Of a stretch of 64,000 nt of DNA, positions 40,209 to 52,821 are shown piece after piece; position 1 is the stretch's first letter, and each line of letters opens with the position of its first letter. The notes beneath the pieces are model-generated. The model made no database searches and had not been told where the DNA came from. It saw only the letters and a program-made list of their open reading frames with translations. Made by a program: the position numbers and the translations under genes. Source of the stretch: Geosiphon pyriformis uo1 (Eukaryota; Fungi; Glomeromycota); assembly GCA_016748015.1 (NCBI GenBank), contig JAAOMT010000109.1, positions 145,820 to 209,819 of the forward strand, given 5' to 3'.

Positions 40209-41204
40209 ATGCCACCTCATAGACAATTTCAAGGTTTACCCTTCCCCCATTCTCCCTCCGAAATTTTTATCCAAAGAAAACAAGATATCGAACAAAACCA
40301 AAATTTAAAATCTTCGGTACGCGTGTGTCTAGACAATACACTTGATCCTCCACGTTTTACTCTGTTATTCTCTAGCCATGAATATCCTCCATTCGAAACT
40401 ACGTTGCATAGTGTGGAGGAACTTGTTAAAAAATGTAATAATCAAAGGAGTCCCAATTCATGGATGATATTTCGTATGACTATTCAAAAAGCCATCACTG
40501 AGACTGGACTTCGTATAACACGTGGCGATGTTTCTCGTCTTGCTGGGAAAGCATGGAGAGAAAGCCCAATATATATTCAAGAAAAGTTTAAAAGCATTTT
40601 TCTACAAGTGAGAGAGCGTCTGAAAATTTTGAATGAAAATTTGGTAATGCGAGATATTCTTGATATGAATGTTTCGATTTCAGAAAAAAGTGAGAGAATC
40701 TTTTAAAATCTTTTCGTGTGTATTTTCTTCGTGGCCTCAAAGAAATTTTAATCACATGAGTTCTTAAATTGAATAGGTCATCGTCTCAAACCATCATTCC
40801 AAACAGTTAACACAAATCAGGGGCCAGAAATTTTTTCATTTTTAGACCCCAATATTCAGCCTTTTACAACCTCTTATTCATTGCAACCTGAACAACAACA
40901 ACATCCTTACCCATCTGAAATATCCACAAATTTACAAAATCCTCATATGATCGATTTTCTATCGCAAAATAATATATACCAATTATCGGAAACTCCAGTA
41001 TTACCACAAACCACTTTTTTTCTTGATCCAGCCTTGGAATTCAATCCATCAAAAATCTCAAGTATTCAGTCAACGATTGTTGGTGACCATTTTAATGAAC
41101 ATCATTTAGATAACAAGGTTCTTTCCGATAGTCAAGATTATCTAAACTCCTCAAATACAAGTGAAATTTTTCATGGATACTGCAACTCGAGTTTTCACAA
41201 TTAA
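40209..41204 (+). CDS. MATA_HMG-type HMG-box transcription factor
   Basis: RSPNSWMIFRMTIQKAITETGLRITRGDVSRLAGKAWRESPIYIQEKFKSIF fits the RPxNxFxxFR...ISxxAGxxW HMG box. Exons 40209-40689 and 40777-41204 join in phase; Q/S/P-rich tail. Confidence 0.85.
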
Positions 41205-42699
41205 AAGCTAACCAAATTATGCTGCGGTTTCTAGAGAATTTTTATTAAAAATAAGCAAGTTTGATAAACCAAAAACCTGCAAAACTTTTGGCTTAAAGAA
41301 AAAGAACTTTAAATTTCTATCCTCTTTTAAGAAGATTCCGCCCAATTTTTTAAGTTTTCCAATCAAAGAGTTAAATTGAATCCAATATAAATATTTAAAC
41401 AAAAAAATTAGTTTCCAAGATCTGCTGAAAATTTTTATATTTTTTCAATATCAAATACGGGTTTAATTGGATGATTTCATAAATTATGACAATATATTGA
41501 AGAGTAAAGTTTTATAGCACAGCAGAAACATCTCCGTAAACGATGTTATGCACTGCTTTAACGACATCCTCTTTGTGATATTAATAAACTTGTTTAAACG
41601 TCGTGATCCATTTTTAAGAGATTTCTAAGCAATTTAATCAGCTAAAATATCGTGAAGGAGATTGTCTAATTGAGAATACAAATTACAAATCAGAAACACT
41701 TGATTCAAATGAATACACTCAAGAGCTAAATATATGTTTTTAGTTTAAAGCCACACAGTTGACCCTTTTAAATTTCTTTTTCGATATATATCACATTTGA
41801 TGTATACTCTATCAAATTTAATGAAACCAGTGGCAGGTTTTGATTCAATGTAAAAGTAATTATAACAAACCTCTTGGGTGCTTTTTAACCTTATCAATGA
41901 CATCATGCGACACTATAATAGAAATACTATAACTATTTTAATATCAAAATTATAAAAATAACAAGTACATTGTAGATTAACCCAATTTGGAATACAAGAG
42001 ATATCAAAAGATAAGCACACTATAGTAAAAAAATAACTGGCTAAAAAACTTTTGAGAAATGCTGAATTTTAATATTTTTGGATAAACTAATATCTAAAAT
42101 TAAGTTAATAAAATATTCAATTACTTGGGCTTTACAAATAAGATAAATAACATTGTTATTATTAACAAGATCTATTTAACAAAATTATTTATTTGTTTTT
42201 AGCATTTATTTTTGTAATTAAAAACTTTTGTAGATCTTTTAAAATTCTAAATGTATAATAAATTGGCCAAATGTGATGTGAACTGAAATTTTTATTAAAT
42301 TTTTAACTACTAAATAGAAGTCTGATTTTTAAATAATTTCTAAAGATTTTAATTTTCGTGAATTTTTAAATGTTTTTACTTTTAATGCTTTATTTTTGTT
42401 ATTAAATATCAAAATAATTGTATTTAAATTAAAAATTAAACCTGACTTTGACTTGTATTTTTTATTTTTGAAAGATATACTTATCAAGTTAATAACTAAT
42501 ATTTTATTGTTTTAATTAGAAAATCTTTTTTAAAGAAATTTATATATATCTAATTGAATCTTAAATTAAAAAGTCAATTATTATTTTTAAAATTTAAAGA
42601 AAACATTGAAGAATTATTGCGATTTTAAAATAAATAACCAGTAATTTAACATTAATAATAAATTAAAAAATCTTAATTTTAAAATATTTAATTATATTA

Positions 42700-43168
42700 A
42701 AGTTGTTATTATTAATTAAAATAAGATTAATATTAAATTTTTAATTTTTATATTGTTTAAACTAAAAATTCCAAAAGTTAAATCAAATTTTTTGTTATTT
42801 ATTTATTAATTATTTATCTGAATTTTATTATTAGATTGTAAATAAAATAACAGTTATTTAAAAAGCAATAGCAAATATAAAAGCAGTTATTAAAAAAAAT
42901 GTATTTTTTATTTTTATGTTTAATTAATTTTTAAATTGCTTTTATATATTTAGTTACTTTTTTTAAGTTTTGAATTTATTATTTTGAAAAAAAGTTTTAG
43001 CTTTTATTGATCATATTATTAACAAAAACAAAATTATATTAAATTTAAAAAAAACAATTAAAAGTTCAAAATTTTCTAAAACACAAAATTAGTATTAACT
43101 TTTTATTATTAAAAATTTATAAAATTACTAAATTATTTAATTACTTATTTTACAAAAATATAAAATAT
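42700..43168 (+). mobile_element. Extremely decayed Ty3/Gypsy pol (RT thumb), left half of host element
   Basis: LAFIDHIINKNKI (cf. FLGHIIxxxGI) and KITKLFNYLFYKNIKY (cf. SKIAKPLxxLLxKD). Reading continues after 50922. Confidence 0.55.
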
Positions 43169-43928
43169 TGTTATGGGTTGGAGTAATAAGCTAACAGATA
43201 GCAAAAGAGAACAAAATTGTAAGGTAATGAAAGAAATTAAAGGAATTCAATTTCAAAGAGCGAATTAAATGAGTATGAATTCAATGTATAAGATTAGTTT
43301 CATAAAATATCTCAGTTACTATACTTTTCAAAAGATAACTGAGGAATCTAAAGATAGAGGGATAGTCTATTCTGTTAATAAATAATCACACTAGTATAAT
43401 TCTATGTCTTATGTCAGCATTCTTAGAATTCAATATCAGGTATCAAATATATTCTTTAGTCATATTTTATTCAATAATCTTCAAATACTACAATTATATG
43501 TTTTAGAAAAAGGTAAAAAATAACCAACAAGTAATTTTTTATCTTAAAATATTTAAATAGTTAAAAGTAAAAAAAGAGAAATTAGCAATAAGAAAAGAAT
43601 TGAGATGAAAGTTGTTATTTTATTTATTTTATTTTCTTGATTTCTGACATGCTTTTCTATAGCTAAGAGATTCATTGCTTATATAACTATTAAAAGTAGT
43701 TAATGATCAAATCAATAATTAGATTAATAATCAGGTTAATAATCAGATCAACAATCAAGTCATTAATTAAATCAATAATCAGGTCAATGATTAGGTTAAT
43801 GATCAGATTAATGGTCAGATTATTAATCAGGTTAATGATCAATATCTAAAAATAGAGTGATTAATTATATGATATTAGTAACTAATACATATAATAATTA
43901 ATAAAAAGTATGAGTTTCAACTGTAATA
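43169..43928 (-). repeat. 3' LTR of family-A Gypsy (760 bp)
   Basis: TGTTATGG...CTGTAATA (terminal CA decayed to TA); direct repeat of 50252-50918; adjacent purine tract GAAGAGGATAA on the minus strand at 43929-43939. Confidence 0.92.
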
Positions 43929-46900
43929 TTATCCTCTTCAAAAAGATTAAGCTCTAGTGAAATTAAGATATTTATGATGTAATTTATTTGAAAAGTTTTG
44001 TTTAATTCAAAGCTAACTAGTTTATTGAAGTTTTTAATAAATAAAGTATATAATATTTAAGGCAAAATAAGTTTTGTATTCAAAAGACCAAATCTTTGTA
44101 TTAAAGTTTTGGCTCTTTTAACAATAGTTAAAACTTTTGGGACATCTAATCATATAATGCCCAAAATTTTTGTCTGTATCTTTAAAGTTGTTTTTTTTAT
44201 TAGTTTCATGTCTTCTATGATTTTACCAAAGTAACTATAGAGTTTTAATTGTCTTTCATATAACAAGTTTTTGTCTATGGGCAAGATTTCTTGGAATGTT
44301 TTTTCAATTGTGCTAAAAGATAGAAGTATAGCTGCTGTTATACTTTTCAACAAATATTTATCCATTTTACTACCAATTTTTTCTTTTTTGGTAGTGGTTT
44401 TTTTGGATTTAATAATAATATGTGTTCTATTATTATCAGTTATAGTGGTCTGTTTCTCAATGATCAGAGTAGCATTTGGATAGTTTTTGATTCAATACTT
44501 ATGGAGAGTATAGAAGATATTTTGAATGTTTTAATTCAGAAAATAATTATTTATGTTGATTGAAAATATCTCTGTTTTAGGAAAAGTGCATTTATTTATA
44601 CTTGATTTTTGCTAATTATTTGAGTCAGTATTACTACAATAGACAACTAATTAAGTCGTTTATAATATTTCTTAAGACATGTATCATGAACAAAACAATC
44701 ATTAAAGATTGTTTTGGATTGATCTTAAAGAATATAAGAACCATTGTTTAAAACTTTGTTGACTAAAAAAGATTCTTTTTACTGGCTAAAAAATTTATTA
44801 TCATAGATATTATCACTATCTGAATAGTATTCCAATACCAAATTACCAACACTTAAGGAAAGTGTTTTATAAGTTTTCTTTTTCTTAAGCTTTTTTTGAA
44901 ACTGTTTTATCTTTTTAAAGACAATTATTTGTACTTTTACCAATAAGTTAAGAATAGTATCAAGTCTTTTTTGCAAAATATCTTTATAATTTCTTATTGT
45001 AATTTTTTCAAAGAGTATTGTTTCAATGTCAGTTTTTATTAATAATGTTGCTATGTATCTATAAAACAGATAAAAAAATTCATAACTTGTTATGTTATGA
45101 TTCACAGTTTTATAAGCAAACAAAGCTAAAGACAGTACTTTGTCTTATAAGTTTGTTTTTTTACTGGTTTTGGCTAAGGTTTTACATAGTATTCTAATGA
45201 AATGTTTTATTAAGCTATTTGTTTAAAAATGGTAAAAGAAGAAAAGTTTATGATGTATTCCCATTTTTCTGCAAAGTTCTTTAACCAGTGTACTAAAAGA
45301 AACTCTTTTTCTATCAGATAAAAGTTCTTTGGAGCAGTTATGATAGCAAATAATATCTTCATAAATGAAGTTGGCTATTGAGACTGCTGTTTGATTTGAT
45401 GTGGCTTTTGCTTCTATCTACTTTGTAAAATAGTTGATAGCTATAATAATATATCTATTGTCATTAGAAGTTATTGTTAACAGTCTAATAACATCTATAC
45501 CAATTTTGTCAAATGATTGGCCAACAAAAATTGAATAGATATCTTCTTTCTTGTTGGATTTTTCTTTTCTTTGGCAAGTATTACAAGTTTTAATGTACTC
45601 AGCAATGTCTTTTCCTAAAATAGGCCAATAATAATAAGCTAAAGTTTTCTGAATTGTTTTTGTTTTTCCAAAGTGTCCAGCTAATGGATTAGTATACATG
45701 TTGTAGATTACAATTTTTCTTTCTTCAAATCTAATAACTTTTTGGGGACAGTTAGAATCTTTTCTATTTCTTTTGTAAAGTTGGTTCTAATGAATTAAAT
45801 AGAAATTTGTTTGTTTGTGCAAATGTTCTTTTTGCTGTTAAGTGTATTTTAGTGGATATTGTCTTTTAACCAAAATTTCTATTAAGGCAGAATAGTTGTC
45901 CAAGTTTATTATTGTGTATGTTTATAAGAGTATTACTAATAATTAAGTTGGTTTGATTAAAAAGTTGTACTATCACTGAATGGTAAGTTTAGAAAAAACA
46001 TTGGTGTTTTAATGATTTGCTTCTTTACAGTATTGAATATTATAGTCAAATTTATCTAAGTGAAGTATTCAGAAAGTTATTTATTTGTGTTTTAGCTTTT
46101 TTTTATTACACAGTCAAACCAAAGCTTAATGATCTGTTACTACTAGAAATTTCACACCAAGAAGATATTAGTCTCAGTAATTAGTAGTCCAAACTACTGT
46201 TAAGTATTCTTACTCAGTAACTAAATAGTTTTTTTCTGCTGGTGTAAAAGATCTACTGGGATATATTATAGCATGTTCTTTGTCATTTTTATCTTTTTAG
46301 AAAAAGACAGCATCAAGTCCATAACCAGATATATTAGTGTATAAAATAAAAGATTAGTCCAGATTTGGTTGTTTAAGAATTGGTTTAGTAACAAGTTTTT
46401 TCTTCAAAGTTTTAAAAACTTTTTGTTAATGAATGCCTCAATAATAATTGACATTTTTCCTGAGTAGCTAATTAAAAGAAAAGGCAATTTTAGAAAAATC
46501 TTTAATAAATTTGTGATAATAAGAAGCCAAACCAAGGAAAGAGCATAGTTTAGGAACATTTATAGATTGTTTAATGTTTTGGACTTTTTCAATTTTGGCT
46601 GGGTCAAGGAAGATTTTATCTTTTGTAATAAGATGACCAAGAACTAAGTAAATTGTTATTTAAAGAAAGATTTAATTAAGTTTATCTTAAGGCCAGTATT
46701 TCTAAGGAAATCAAAACCTTTTTACAAGTGTTTAAGATGTTCATTTCAGATTTTTGAGTATACTATTATGTTGTCCAAATAAGCAAGAACAAAGTTTTCT
46801 TTTACTAATTCAAACACTTTGTCCATTAGGCATTGAAAGATAAGAGAAGTATTAATGAGACCAAAAGGCATGACTGTGAATTCATATGTACCATACTTGG

Positions 46901-49900
46901 TAATAAAAACAGTTTTCTTTCTACTTTTTGAATTCATTTTTACTTGCCAGAATTTAGCAGTTAAGTTAATGATTGAAAAAAAAGCAGCACTATTAAATTT
47001 GTTTAACATTGTATTAATTTTGGAGAATAAGTACATGTTTCTTATAGTAATAATATTTAATTAGTAGTAGTTAACACAGAAACATAGGGTTCTATCTTTC
47101 TTAGATACTATTACAACTGAAAAAGTTCATTTACTCTTGGTTTTTTGTATGAATCCAAGATTTTTTATTTGAGTTATTTCTCTCTTGATAAACTCATCAT
47201 TGTGCTGATTGAATTAATAAGACTTCAAATAAATGGAACAAGTTTTTTTGATGGTAATAGTGTGTTGTATCATATGGATTCATCCAGGAGTGTTATTTTT
47301 TTTTGAGATAACTGGGCTATTTCTAGCCAACAGATTTTTAATGACTACTTTTCTTTCTTCAGAAAAGAGTTTTTTTTGTTCTACTGCAAGTAATTAGATT
47401 TCAGGTGATTCATTCTCAAAGAATTTTTGTACTTCTCTTAGTTTTTCTTTGAGTATCAAACTAATTGGCTACCAATCTTTGTAATAGATCAGACAAAATT
47501 TGTATTTATTACTAAGAGAATACAAAGATTTATTGCACTAGTATCTAACATAAAGACCATGTTATTAATAATTGTATTTGGTTTTTTTGCTAGATTTTCT
47601 GTCAAAAATTCTTTTGAGTATGTCATAGTAGGGCCAGCAGATTAATTTGTTATTTACAATGATTCTTTTTTTGTCAGCTTTGACATTATCTAGTGGCTTG
47701 TTATTGCTAATGAAGATAGTATAGGCAAGTTTAGCAGTTTCTTTTTGTTTTTCTTGATCTTTTTTTCATTGCTCTTATCATCATCTGATTCATTTGATTG
47801 TTTTTCTTTTTGGTTTGCTTGGATGCTAGAGAGATTGTCTAATAATAGCACTTAACTACAATAAATTTCTTACTACATCTAATAGTTAACTCACAAAGTT
47901 TATAGTCAAGTAGTGCTTTGGCTTTCTTAAGCCATTCATTGCCAACAATTATGGTATACTTTTTTGCTTCAGATACTCCTATGTCAATTTCAATGTTGAT
48001 GCCATTGATGGGAACAGAAACAGCTTTGGCTATACCTAAGTCTTTCTTCTTATTACTATGTATATTGGTCATAGACTGGGTAGAAGATTTATTAATCTTT
48101 CTTTCAATGGCTTTCAGAAAGTGTTTGGCAATTATACTAACAGATAATTCACTGTCTAAGATCAAGTCAATAAAATAACCAGTCACTTGGGCTTTGCAAA
48201 TAAAAAGGGTAACATTGTTGTTATTAACAAGTCAAGTTTGGCAAAGGCACTTGTTGGTTTTTGGTATTTTTTTTTTGAAATTAATGATTTGTGAAGATTT
48301 TTTCTGAACTGTAAATGAATTATTAGTTGGCCAAATGTAATGTGTACTGGGGTTTCTATGAGATTTTTAACAATAGAATAGAAACCAGATTTTAGTACTA
48401 TTTCTGGAGATTCTAATTTTGGAAGATTTTTAAAAACTTTAGTCTTTGGTGGCTCATTGTTATAAACAATTGATGTGGATACTTTATTTGGGTTCAGAAT
48501 AAAATCAATCTTAGCTTTTTTTTTCTTTCTTGTTGATTTAGAAATATTGATTACTAGTTCATCTATGTCATAGTTATTATTAATTAGGTTAAAAACAAAA
48601 AAAGAGTTTTCTTTTAGTTGGTTTGTACTCTTACCCTTTAAAAATGCACCTACTAGTTTAAAGACTGATAAACAGTGGCTTTAACTAAAGAATTCTTTCC
48701 AAAGAAATTAATGTTAGCATGATTGAGTCTTTGATTGAGTACATTATTGTTGTTAATTCTGTTGTTTTAATTATCATTATTTCTAAGAGCTAAAGAAGGC
48801 AGAGGAGAATTGTTGCAATCTTTGAAAAAATGTCCAGTTAATCCACAGCAATAATACACAAGTGGGCCACAATTTTGTTGTCTTTGATAAGGGGGTTGCT
48901 GGGGCTAATTAAAGTAGAATTCATATCTGGGTCTTTGAAATTGTTAATTCTTTTTGACTGCTTGAGCTAAGAGTTCTAATAACCAGACAAAATTGGCTGT
49001 AAATCTATCTATCAATTGTTCATTAGGATCTAGAGTTTGAGCAGCAAAAGAAATGGCAGTTATTTGAGGAGCAAAAGCCATAACAGAAGCAGGAGCAAAA
49101 ACTGAAAATGTGAATTCTAAGTGCATCTTTTGATTGTTTTCAATTCATTGAGTTAGTTCAATAATTATATCTATTGTAAGATTGTTTTTCAGAACCAAAA
49201 GAGACCAAAAAGCATATAAGAGATCAGTTCTTAATCTTTTTGTAAAAGAATGAATTTTCTGCTTTTCTGTCCAGTTTCTTTTAAAGTCTATTCACTTGAT
49301 TAACTTTCTGATTGCTTTGGTGTATTTAGTTACAACTTTACCAAGACTTTGGGTTTTTTTTTCTAATTCTATGCATTATTTGGATACCAAGATAAGAATT
49401 TTAAATTTTATTTTAAACCAAATAATAAAAAAGATGTTGTTCTTTTTAGTATTTGCTGATATCTATTTAATAATTCTTTACTGAGCATTGGCATTGGTTT
49501 TTTGTGAGAACCAAGTAGCAGAAGAGCCTTGAAGGTAGCCACCAATAATTTGAAACTTGTATTCATTATTATATTGGTTGACTGTTATAACTCTTTCAAA
49601 GTTATTTAATCATTCAATTGGATCTTGTATATTATCTCTAAATAATAGTAATGATGTATTGTTTTTTTGCTCTAAAGCAGTTTGTATGCCTTAGAGGACA
49701 ATCAGAATATTTTGTTGTATAAAGTCATTAGCCATTGGTTTAAGAATAGCTGTTTGTGTAGAATGTTCTGATTTATTTGAAAAGAGATCAAAAACAGAAG
49801 CAGTTTGATAACTTTTTTTTTTGTTTCAAAGAAAGTTTTAGCTAGTTAATAAACAGCAATCTAAATATAAATTTGGTAATTTAGGTATTCAGAATTAGAG

Positions 49901-50226
49901 AGCTGTTGTTCAAAAGTTGTAAAATATAAAAGCTGATTGATGTTGTTATTTTTTTCTTCAAAGTTGTCTTCAAAATAAGTTTGGTCAAAATAATAGTTTG
50001 TGTAAACTGTATAGATTTTAGCTAAATGTTCATTTAGGAACCAGTTTCAAAAAGTTTGAAATTGTCTACTGGATTGTTTTTCAATGGAAAAGCAAATTAA
50101 GCAGAAAAGCAAAGAATTGAGTTTAATAAAGTCTAGATTGTTTTTGTTGTGTGCTTTAAAGTATTCTTCTAATTATTGTGATAATAAATAATCATCCATA
50201 CAATAAAAAACAAAGTCAATTTTAAC

Positions 50227-50245
50227 AATCTCACAAAAAGCACCA
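50227..50245 (-). promoter_or_regulatory. Primer-binding site, probably elongator tRNA-Met
   Basis: Minus strand TGGTGCTTTTTGTGAGATT starts 6 nt inside the 5' LTR boundary and resembles the complement of eukaryotic elongator tRNA-Met 3' ends (TGGTGCcccgTGTGAGg). Confidence 0.6.
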
Positions 50246-50251
50246 CTTTTA

Positions 50252-50918
50252 TGTTATGAATTGGAATAACAGACTAACAAATAGTAAGGGAAAACAAAAT
50301 TATAGGGTAATAAAAAGAATTAAAAGGAATTTAACTTTAAAGAATGAATTGAATAAGTATGGATTCAATATACAAGATCAGTTTTATAAAATATCTCAGT
50401 TATTATACTTTTCAAAAAATAACCAGAAAATTTGAAGATAAAGAGATAGTTTATACTGTCAACAAATAATCACATACTGATATAATTCTATGCTTTACAT
50501 TAGTGCTCTTAAAATTCAATATTAAATATCAAATGTACTTTTTAGTCATGTTTTATTCAATAATTTTCAAATGCTACAATTACACATTTTAGGAAAAGGT
50601 AAGAAATAACCAACAAGTAATCTTTTATCCCAAGATATTTAGATACTTGAAAGTAGGGAAAGAGAAATTAGCAATAAGAAAAAGATTGAGATAAAAGTTG
50701 TTATTTTATTTATTTGATTTCCTTAATTTCTGATATGCTTTTCTACAGTTAAGAAATTCATTGCTTATATAGCTATTAAAAGTGGTTGATGATCAGATCA
50801 ACAACTAGATCAATAATCAAGTTAATAATTACTATCTAAAAATAGAATGGCTAATTATATAACATTAGTAGCTAATATATGTAATAATTAATAAAAAATA
50901 TGAATTTCAACTGTAACA
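50252..50918 (-). repeat. 5' LTR of family-A Gypsy (667 bp)
   Basis: TGTTATGA...CTGTAACA; TGTTA/TAACA inverted termini. Confidence 0.92.
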
Positions 50919-50922
50919 ATAT

Positions 50923-52200
50923 TAATAAATTTTTAAACAATAAAAAGTTTTTATATTCTAAAAAAAAAATTAAATATAATTATAATTTTTATTTATTTTA
51001 ATTATAACAAAAAATTTTAATTAGCTATTAATGTTTTTTATATTATATTTAGTATTATTTTATTTTAATTAAATAATAAAATACACAAAAAGTAATTATT
51101 TATGTTAGCAGAACTTTAAAATTTACTTAAATCGAATATTTATTAATTAAACTAAAAACAATAGTAGTAATTTAGACTTGTAAACTTTTTTGACAATATT
51201 TTTTAACCAAAAAATTTGATATTATTATTTATAATATTAAACTTAAATAACTTAACAATACAAAAAATTAAATATAAAACAATTAAATAATCTAAATTTT
51301 TAGTTTACTACAAATTTATTATATATATAAATTTGACAAATTTTATAAAAATATTAATAAACTTTTAGAAATAAGACAAAATTAATATTAATTAAACTAT
51401 CATATTAATATATTACGAACAAAAAACAGTAAATTCAGAAAACTATAATAATTTTAAAACATAGTTTTTAAGTAAAAAATATTTTTTACAATATAAATAA
51501 GACAATATTTTGTACAAAAAAATAATATTTATTATTAAAATTTTAAATATTAAAACATTATTCTTGGTCTTATATACAAAAAAACATTTAACAATATATT
51601 AATTCTTGTAATAGTTGTCAAAAAAAACTTAATTTTGTAAAACCTTTTAATTTAATCAAAATTAAATTATTATTTGACAAAGTTAAAATTAATTACATTA
51701 AAAGATTACTTATTACAACAAAAAATTAATATATAATATTATAAATTATTTTATAAAATAATTTAAAGTAGAGTTTTTTAAAAAAACAAATAAAAAATTA
51801 ATAGCAAATTTTATTTATAAAAACATTATTTATAAATGTAAATATTTAATAAAATTTTTATTTAACCAAAAAACACATTTTATAAATAATCTAATAATAA
51901 ACAGTTTATTTTTTTTGTAATATTTTGAAAATAAATAATAAATTATAATTACTATATTAAATATTTTTAAAAACAAATAATTGAAAAAAGCCAAAAAAAT
52001 TTTTTATTATAAGTTTTATAAATTGTAAATTCATAATAAAGCCAAATTTATAATAATTAAATACTAATATTAAATAATATTTTTTATAATAACTTAGCAA
52101 CAATAACAATAACAATAAAATAACAATAATATTAACTTTAATAATTTTAAAAATTTTGAAAAAAAGAAAAAAAAGTTAAATTAGCTTTTATTACTTTTAA
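50923..52200 (+). mobile_element. Extremely decayed Ty3/Gypsy pol (RNase H-integrase), right half of host element
   Basis: YINSCNSCQK (~51595-51625) and LFDKVKINYIKRLLIT (cf. PFDRVGIDYIGPLPxT). Confidence 0.6.
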
Positions 52201-52821
52201 TAACAAAAAAAACTTTTAAAAAATATGTAAAAAATTAATAATTAATAAAAAACTTATTTATTGACTATATTATAATATGTTCAAAAGAATATTTAAATAA
52301 TAATAAAGAAAAAAAGCAAAATAGAATTATAAATGATATGGCTTTTATATTTAATATTAGTTAATTAATATTTTTATTTTTCAATTAATAAATACAAATT
52401 ATTTTCAAAAATTAGGAACCAATTAGTTTGATTTTTAATAAAAAAATTAAAACAATACAAAAAAAATTTAAAAAAAATACCAAAAATTTAATTATTAGCA
52501 GTTAAGCAAAAAAACTCTAATAAAAAAAATTGAAATATTAATATTAAAAATCTGTTAGTTTGAAATAAATTAGTAATATTAAAAAAAAAAATTTTAGCCA
52601 AACAAATCTTATTTAACATGTAATTAAAACTAAAAATATTTAATTTATTTATTTAAAATTTTATTAATTAAATTAGTAAAACAATAAATTTATTAAAAAA
52701 AATAGATTAGATAAAAAAACTGTATTTATTATAAAACATAAAACTTATAAATTTACTGTAATGCTCTTTAGATTAATAAATACTTTATTTATTTTTAAAA
52801 ATTAATATATAAAATATTTAT

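Larger units (their letters stand above)
43169..50918 (-). mobile_element. Full-length, mutationally inactivated Ty3/Gypsy LTR retrotransposon (family A)
   Basis: Two direct LTRs; 4-bp TSD ATAT (43165-43168 / 50919-50922); PBS and PPT. Minus-strand domain order: gag with knuckle YYCCGLTGHFFKDC (~48812-48857), protease LILDSE (47839-48186), RT with VMPFGL and YLDN (46746-47036), RNase H, integrase with HFG, CNTCQ and GIDV (45418-45699, 44779-45123). Numerous stops. Confidence 0.95.

Noticed and set aside
32591-41204. Mating-type locus (pheromone receptor + HMG)
   Set aside because: The membrane protein shows no STE2/STE3 motifs I can recognise, and the expected flanking genes are absent.
43699-43842. 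Regular array as a possible CRISPR
   Set aside because: Contiguous 12-bp tandem units without spacers, inside a eukaryotic LTR; no cas genes.
44779-49740. Alternative genetic code or stop-codon readthrough explaining the many in-frame stops
   Set aside because: Stops of all three types arise by C>T/G>A at Trp/Gln/Arg codons only in transposons; host genes read normally in the standard code.
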